Positions 56,930 through 64,000 of a DNA stretch of 64,000 nucleotides are shown here, piece after piece. The stretch's first letter is position 1, and each line of letters begins with the position of its first letter. Source of the DNA: Amphiscolops sp. MND2022 (lineage: Eukaryota); contig OZ076409.1 in NCBI GenBank assembly GCA_964187785.1, positions 55,182,001 to 55,246,000 on the forward strand. The letters run 5' to 3'. The position numbers and the translations under genes were made by a program. Under the pieces are notes generated by a model, which did no database searches, was not told the origin of the DNA, and worked only from the letters and a program-made list of their open reading frames with translations.

Positions 56930-59900
56930 GATGGTCTTAGTCATTGGTGCTAGTTTATTGGACAAAATAATTATACAATACCCACAACGATCGAAACATC
57001 GCATCTGTCAATATACAATTGCTATAAGAGGCCAAACCTCCGATACCCGCGGTTCTCGAGGACAACGAGCTTATCTAGGCATTACTACATCAAGATCCTC
57101 GGAGTATATACTCTGGCACGATTGTATTAAGAACTCCGTGTTACGCCACCCCACACAACCCTTCCACAAACCATATCCCGTTCAAAAGCTAGTGCATCAC
57201 CTCAAAAAATTGAAAAATAAAATCAAGGCCATCATTTATCACCAACCGAACTCTCGAAATACGGAAAAAAATCAACCTCTGTGGGAAAACTTCACAGCAA
57301 AAAACAGATGGCGAAACAGATTCATCAGTCGAAATCACGTTTTCCACAACAAACACAAACGGCTGATATACAAACTGTTCATGATGTGAACAAAACCTTA
57401 ATTGTTACAAACACTTCAAATTTCTCAAACAGCGTCACAATCAAGAAAGAATTTGCAAAAGTTTTTCCATTGAAACGACCCACTTACGCCTTCACAACAG
57501 GTAGAGTTTATTTCCATCTTGGATTCCTGACCGAAACGGAAGCCACAGAAGTCTTAGAGAAATGGAACAATTTTTCCTTGGTAATCAAAGTAAAGTCCGA
57601 AGAGCCAACCAGGTTGAAAAACCTAAAAAAACTGTGACTATCAAGAAGGTCTCCACCGTTATAGGCGACTCCGAAAGAGCCCTTTCAATCCAAAACCATA
57701 ACTACTTTGAGGACGTCAAAGTTCCGAGGTTCAATAAAGGTGATCAAACGAAACTTGAAACAGTTAAAATGAACTTTAAAACAATGAATGACGCGGAGAA
57801 AGCCCTAAACGAAGGGTTTTCCATTGACTCACTGTTGTACAAACCAACACGTTCCGAACAAAGGACTAACAATAATACGCCGTTTCAACTGCCGACAGTT
57901 TGGACACAGAGGCTTTGATTGTAAATCCAATCGAACCTGTGGCCACTGTAGTGGAACTCACAGTTATAACCAATGCTCAACATCAGAACCACCACAATGT
58001 GGTAACTGCCACGGGAAGCATCCAGCTGACTCTACAGACTGCCCAGCCTACCTGAAACAAGTAAACACCGTATACAACGCTCGTGGGATACCGATACCCA
58101 TATCAGTTCAGCAAGGGATCGAAAACCTAGGAAATCAAAACAATGACACGTGACTAATGCCGTTTCGTGGTACTGATTGTCAACAGAATTAACGAACAGT
58201 GCAAAAATGCTCTGGATAAACACGTCAACGAGCAACAACTGATCTGTGTGTGCCTTAATGAGACAAATAAGCACCTCGACATTGATGCCTTCACAAACTA
58301 TAACACTGAAAGCTCAACTAAATACCGAGGCGTAGCAATACTAATCCGATGAGACAAAATCTTCGTTACACTAGATTGACCGGACTTGAATTCAGCAAAA
58401 CTGATAACATTTTCCTGGCCACAATCATCCGCGATCAAAAAATGTTGTTCAGCATAATCTGTTCACCTAACGAATTAATAGCCCCTAACGAATGCGAATC
58501 TGGTTAGAAGAATACGATTCTGCTTTCGAGCAGATAGTCCGGAATGACTTCAATGGCATGCTCTTTTTCGGAGACCTGAATGCCAGACACATATACTGAG
58601 GAGACACAACTGCAAACGACCATGGAATCATGTTAGTGGGTAGATTGAACGAAAAGGTCGCTGTGGTCAATAATGGTGAACCTCTTTTCCCAGCATCAAA
58701 TGGCCATAGCGTTTTTGACTTATGCATTCTGACTCACTCCTTATCTTCAAAACTGACATGTCTTACAACAGACGATAAAACGGATTTTTTCACTAGTGCT
58801 CCAGACAGAAGACACATTTCAGTCTGTCTAGAGTTACAATTATCAGCGGAACCTCACGCCGTACAAACCAAGCCGTGGATAGAAAAGGCGGATTGAGAAT
58901 CTTGACGAAACATTTTAGAACAAGAAATTTGTGAACAGTCACTTTAAAATGAGGACCCCGAGCGCTGAATGGAATCACTTGAACGTCTATTGACGGAAGC
59001 TACGAATCTCTACAATTGGACAACACGAACTAATAGATAGAGCAAGCTGTTTTGGAACGGGGAACTCACCAAAGCCAGTAAGGATTTAGGACTCTTGAGG
59101 CGCAAGTTCATATACAACTCCAACTACCGAAACGGTCATTATCTAGCAAAAGCTATAGATGATTTCAAAAAAATACTGTCGGAGAGCGCATCAACATGGA
59201 TGAGGAAAATTTTAGCCGAAATGAGACATAAACACGGAAAACAGTTGTGGTCAGTTTACAATAAACTTTTCAAAACAAAAACTTGCGAGATGGGCCCTAT
59301 TACAAACTTCGAAGGAAAATTGCTCTGCGAACAAAAGGATAATGGCGAACATTTGATACATACTTTCGTTGACGTCGTACACTTGAAAAACCACAGCTTT
59401 GACGAAGATCATCGTTAAACAATACAGAATTATATGCAAACGGATGTCCGTTTTCCATTGCAGGAGGAGTCATTATATATATGGCAAGATGAATTCACAC
59501 TTACTGAACTGGAGAAAGCCTTAAAAATTGTCAGGAGCAGCTCGTTCGACAGCGATCTCATCCATCCAAAACTTTTGCAAAACTGGGGACCAAATACCAT
59601 AATGGCAGTTCTTGATTTATTCAATATGTGCTGGACCAAATCAACTTGGCCATGAGGGACTTCAAAGATCATTTTCATTGAGAAAGCTGATAAGAGCGCT
59701 TATGACATTGCATCAAGCTTTCGAATCAAATCAATAACAAGCCACATTGGAAAGTTGTTCGAAATAATGATCGAGCGACGACTGCCTACCTTCCTTGAGG
59801 AAGAAAGTATCATCGAAGAAGAAAAAGAAGGGTTTCAAAGAAGAAAGAAGACGCTTAGATCCCTCTACAGACTAGATCTCGAATGCGAATGGGCAAAAAC

Positions 59901-61400
59901 GCATAACGAGTCAGCAGCACTTCTAAACGTGGACATTGAGAAAACTTTCGACAGTGTGTGGGTCGATGGCTTGGTCTACAAATTGGAAAATTTGAAAACA
60001 AATGGAAAATGATAATTATGATTGACGCCTTCCTTCGTTCCAGAAAAGGACAGATTAACATAGTTCCTCACATCTCACCTCTGTTCAGTATCCATATTGG
60101 ACTACCACAAGGAAGTGTGCTCTCCCCTGTGCTATTCATTATTTTCATCTCTGATTTCCTATCAAACTCATTGAAACACTTTAATTTTGCCGATGGTTCT
60201 TCAGTACTTCTTTCCAGACAAAAAATTACGGAACCGTTAAAAGGCACCTGCTTAGATATCGAAATATGGTATAAGCGCTAGAAAATGGCTGAAAACGGAT
60301 CGAAAACTAAAATTTTGCATTTAACAAACTCACACGAAGACTTCACCCAGATCAAACTAAACGGAGAAAACCGCAAATTTAGCGAAACCACGAAATCACT
60401 CGGGCTCAACATCGATTCTAAGCTCAACTACAAACAACACAATGAAGTAATAGTTGCCAAAGATACGCTAAACTGACATATCCTCCGAAAGCATTGCAGC
60501 ACTAAGTGGGTCATAACCCTTCCGACCCTAGTCTATCTGTACCGATCGGTCATACAATCCCAAGTTTTATATGGAGCACCAATAAGGGCACAAAAGGATA
60601 TCAAATGCCTACAACTCTTCCAAAACAAAATTCTGAGAACAATCTTCAAAAACTGTTTATCACCTATTAGTACAGCTGAAGCTCTCACAGGGATTCCACC
60701 AATTGACTTTTTCTTCCAAAGTCTAGCTGTCAATTTTTTTCGAAACAAAGCATAAAAACGACCTAATACAGGCAGCCCACAACCAAGCAGTAACCCAAAA
60801 TCGCAGCAGTAACTGCGTCCTCGGAATATGTTGAGGAAAGTCTTGCAAAGCGACCAACACAACCGAAATTGATTGCACTTTTCAGTCGGTATCCGCAAAT
60901 CTAAATACTTTATTGCTGAACCGATGGAAAAACCCACTGACCGATGTCTTCCTTAAAAATTTTATTCACTCGAAACCCGCTATTGGTAAACCCTGTCCAC
61001 TTATTAGGGGAAATTCCTGTTATGCAAACCGCATCTGCAGCCTACTGATGGCCAACACGACAATCTTCAATGAGATCGAAAGGAAGTTAAGCAAATGTGC
61101 CTCTCCGAAGTGCTCATGTGGCGATGAAGATGGTATGATCAACGTATACCACTATGTCTTTCTCTGCAGCAAAGTTTTTGCCATCCGTTCAAATGAAATT
61201 GTCCTGCTTGACATCTTCGACGATACTGACTGCAAAATACTGAAAGAATTCATTAGTTCTAGCCAAAAACTTGGAGAACTTTACCCGTGACATTTTCACT
61301 TCAACAAACTGATGCTCACCCAAACTGGAAACTATATCCCAAATTTTACATCCTCCGGCAAAGAGGGTTTTACAGAATTTATCTAAAATATAGTGGAAAC
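56930..61400 (+). mobile_element. Degraded, near full-length LINE
   Basis: ORF1 zinc knuckles (57824-58153), APE motif GDLNARH (~58570), RT motifs LNVDIEKTFDSVW, GLPQGSVLSP and FAD, C-terminal CxC...H...C finger. Many stops. Confidence 0.85.
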
Positions 61401-63007
61401 CAGCTTACGGAGCTTATGAAATCTGTCACTTAGTTGATCCTGAAAACATGGAAAATAGAAAAGTCACTGCTATAGTCTGCATTTTTTTTACAAAAAGCGC
61501 TGACTAGAAAAGCATTGCAAGACTTGAAGACTTGGATGCATGGCACAGCTGTGATTGCACCTAATTGTTCAACTAGGGCACGCCTGGAGCGTTTGTGAAA
61601 ATCTGCACCAAAGTCGTCATCCCACGAGTCCGAAGGACCACGAGTCCGAACATTTTTTCTCTACATTTGTTTGAATTAGGTCCACTTTGTTGAAAACCAG
61701 TTTACAGAGTTCTACAAACTGCTCCTAGGTGGTCCAGTTTGCAGAATTTCCTTTCTACAAACTGGATCACTGAATTCTACAAACTGGACATCCTTCACAC
61801 AAGATCCTGAGAACCACCGCCTGAGATCTTTAAAGAATAAGATCTAAAAACTGAAATGCGGGGCATATCTGGTGTATGCACGCTCGCGCACACTGTCGCC
61901 AAAAGGAGCTCCCACTACGACCGCCGAAGAACCACCGCCTAAGATCTTCAAGAATAAAACCTAAAAACTGAAATGTGGGGCATATCTGGTGTATGCACGA
62001 TCGCCCTCACTGTCGCAAGAAGGAGCTCCCACTACGATCGCTTCGCGATCTCCGTTCCCGCTAGGTCGTTGCTCCTGTTCGACCTCGCTTAGCAAGATGG
62101 GAACTTGATCGCTCTGTTCTTGACCTCGTTCTTTTTCGAAAATAGCGGAAACAGCAAGATAAGCGATCATATGTTCAATTGCTACGTCTGAATCTGTATT
62201 AAATTAAATTTTGTGGCAACTTTCGTCGTCGCTATCATGCTTGTATGTATCTTTGTATTTCAGATTAACTTTACATATTATTTCTATCTAGACAGATGTT
62301 TAATCAGAAAAATCTCCAATTGATTCCATTGGTTCTTGAAAAGAAACTATTTTACAGTTTGTTATAAGTTTTGTTGATATAGATCTTATCAGCAACCTAA
62401 ATATTGATAATATCGATGTTGTTAATTATGAATCTTTCCCGTATGAAGAGTCCTAATTAGGTGAGATTGATATACTCATCTAAACACGGATGGAGTGCAA
62501 CTTAGGTCTCACCTGATGAAATCCCGTACCCTAGTGTAAAGGACCTGAACGTTTTAAAACTTTTTTACAATCTGAATGAAAGCATTTATGAAAATTGATA
62601 AAAACTCGAGAAAAGACCATGCATGCACTTGAAAGAAGACTGTTTTCCTATCCTGATTGTCTATAGATAGGTATACTCGTTCATGAGAAGAACTTTTTTG
62701 TCTGTAAACCCTCGCCACAATTATTGCTACACCTAAAAACTAACAAGAGCTATAGCTAAAAAATTGCTAAACAAAACGTTTCAGGTGAACAAATATGAGA
62801 AGAGTAACAAAATTGCTGTATACAAAAAAGCCCAACAAAGATTTCAGGGTGAAATTTTTCTCACTCTGCTGATATGATCATCGGTAGAATTCGCCCGCTT
62901 TAAACTTCACTGATTTCTGGGTTTGCACGTGGAATGTAGCACCACAACTTTGTTAACGTCATCGATTGGATCCACTAGTTTTCGGCAGCCTCGAAGCAAA
63001 AACCAGC

Positions 63008-63903
63008 TTTTTAGTCGGCGCTTTAATAATAATTAATAAAAGAGCCCGACTATTACAGTCACTCGTTTTTTTCTTTTTTTTTTAAGACAGACTAGAAGCG
63101 ACGAACGGTAAAATTAATGTTCAACTACTAATTACAGTACTAACAAAATACTGGCAGCGCATTTAAGATATTGCAAAGGGCCCCCTTTCAGTTAGTCCAT
63201 TTTTTTTGTAAGATACAAAACCGGACGAGACTATAGGGTCCCCCTTTGAGTTTTTTCGGCACTCTGTGACTTTTTTTCGAATTTTTTTGTCTCCAAAGGG
63301 TCCCCCTTTCAAGTTTCTTGATATTTTACAGCAAACTGAAGTTTCAAAAAGCCCAAAGGGTCTCCCCTTTCAAGTTTTTCGGCACTATGAGACTGGCTAA
63401 AAATTCTTATTTTTCGATTTTTCGTTTCCTTCTGGAAAATGTTCTTTAATGTCTCGAAAGGGTCCCCCCTTCAATTAATAAAAAGTTTTGTAACATAATA
63501 GATATTAAACAAACCCAAAGGGTCCCCTCTTTTAGATTTTTCGGCACTATGAGACTTTTCAAAATTGTCATTTTTTGTCTGAAATTAGGTTTTCTCAGTA
63601 TATATTTACCAAAAAATTTCTTCCAAAACTATCCGAAACTTGGACGTAATATCCTGAGTAAAACGCTATATCCGAATTTTTGACGTTATATCCGAATTAT
63701 ACTTCGTTTTACCAAGGGGGAGGCGGAGGCTGAAAAAGCGCTCCCATTTGAGCCAGCACGCAAAATCCGAAGTTTGAGATGTTACACCCTGCAACAAATT
63801 GCATTTTCAAAAAACCCAAAGGGTCCCCCCTTTTACAATTTCAAAAAGTTTGAGCTTTTTGAGCCTTAGATATGGCGCCGACTATAGACGTTCCCGTCTT
63901 GTT
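63008..63903 (-). mobile_element. HINE-like element copy with clear terminal structure
   Basis: Subterminal inverted repeat TAGTCGGCGC (63012-63021) / GCGCCGACTA (63875-63884), hairpins at both ends, CTTGTT terminus, T-rich flank. Confidence 0.65.
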
Positions 63904-64000
63904 AGTATAAAGACCTGGTACAATAAAAGGAACTATCTAGGATGCTGGAAACTTGAGTGAACATCTGGGAATTCCAGAGAAAAAGTGCAAAAAGCAAAAA

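Noticed and set aside
62120..62900. Possible second decayed PolB fragment on the minus strand (SSYGK)
   Set aside because: A single short motif among stops; cannot be supported without a search.

Overview
This is repeat-rich eukaryotic (probably invertebrate) DNA. A minus-strand WD40 gene resembling WDR31 spans about 7.7-46.8 kb, with 7 inferred coding exons. Its largest intron holds a complete 24.1-kb Polinton/Maverick (adintovirus-like) element at 14411-38502. The element has 5'-AG...CT-3' ends, 55-bp perfect TIRs and a 6-bp GATGTA target-site duplication (TSD). All its recognisable genes lie on the + strand: protein-primed PolB, packaging ATPase, RVE integrase, minor and major capsid proteins, a basic core protein and a frameshifted adenain protease. 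Its accessory cargo is unusual: an SPSB/Gustavus-like SPRY-SOCS box protein, a candidate HUH endonuclease, a PLA2-like protein, two PC4-like proteins, a duplicated membrane module, a probably spliced left-end gene, and a ~22-copy 156-bp hairpin tandem array with a 10-unit higher-order period. Outside the Polinton are a young Ty1/Copia element with non-canonical TA...AA LTR ends, decayed Gypsy and LINE copies, several Helentron-like non-autonomous elements (one nested), MITEs, tRNA-like SINE heads and an L2HGDH pseudogene fragment. All protein assignments come from motif recognition by eye; no database searches were run.
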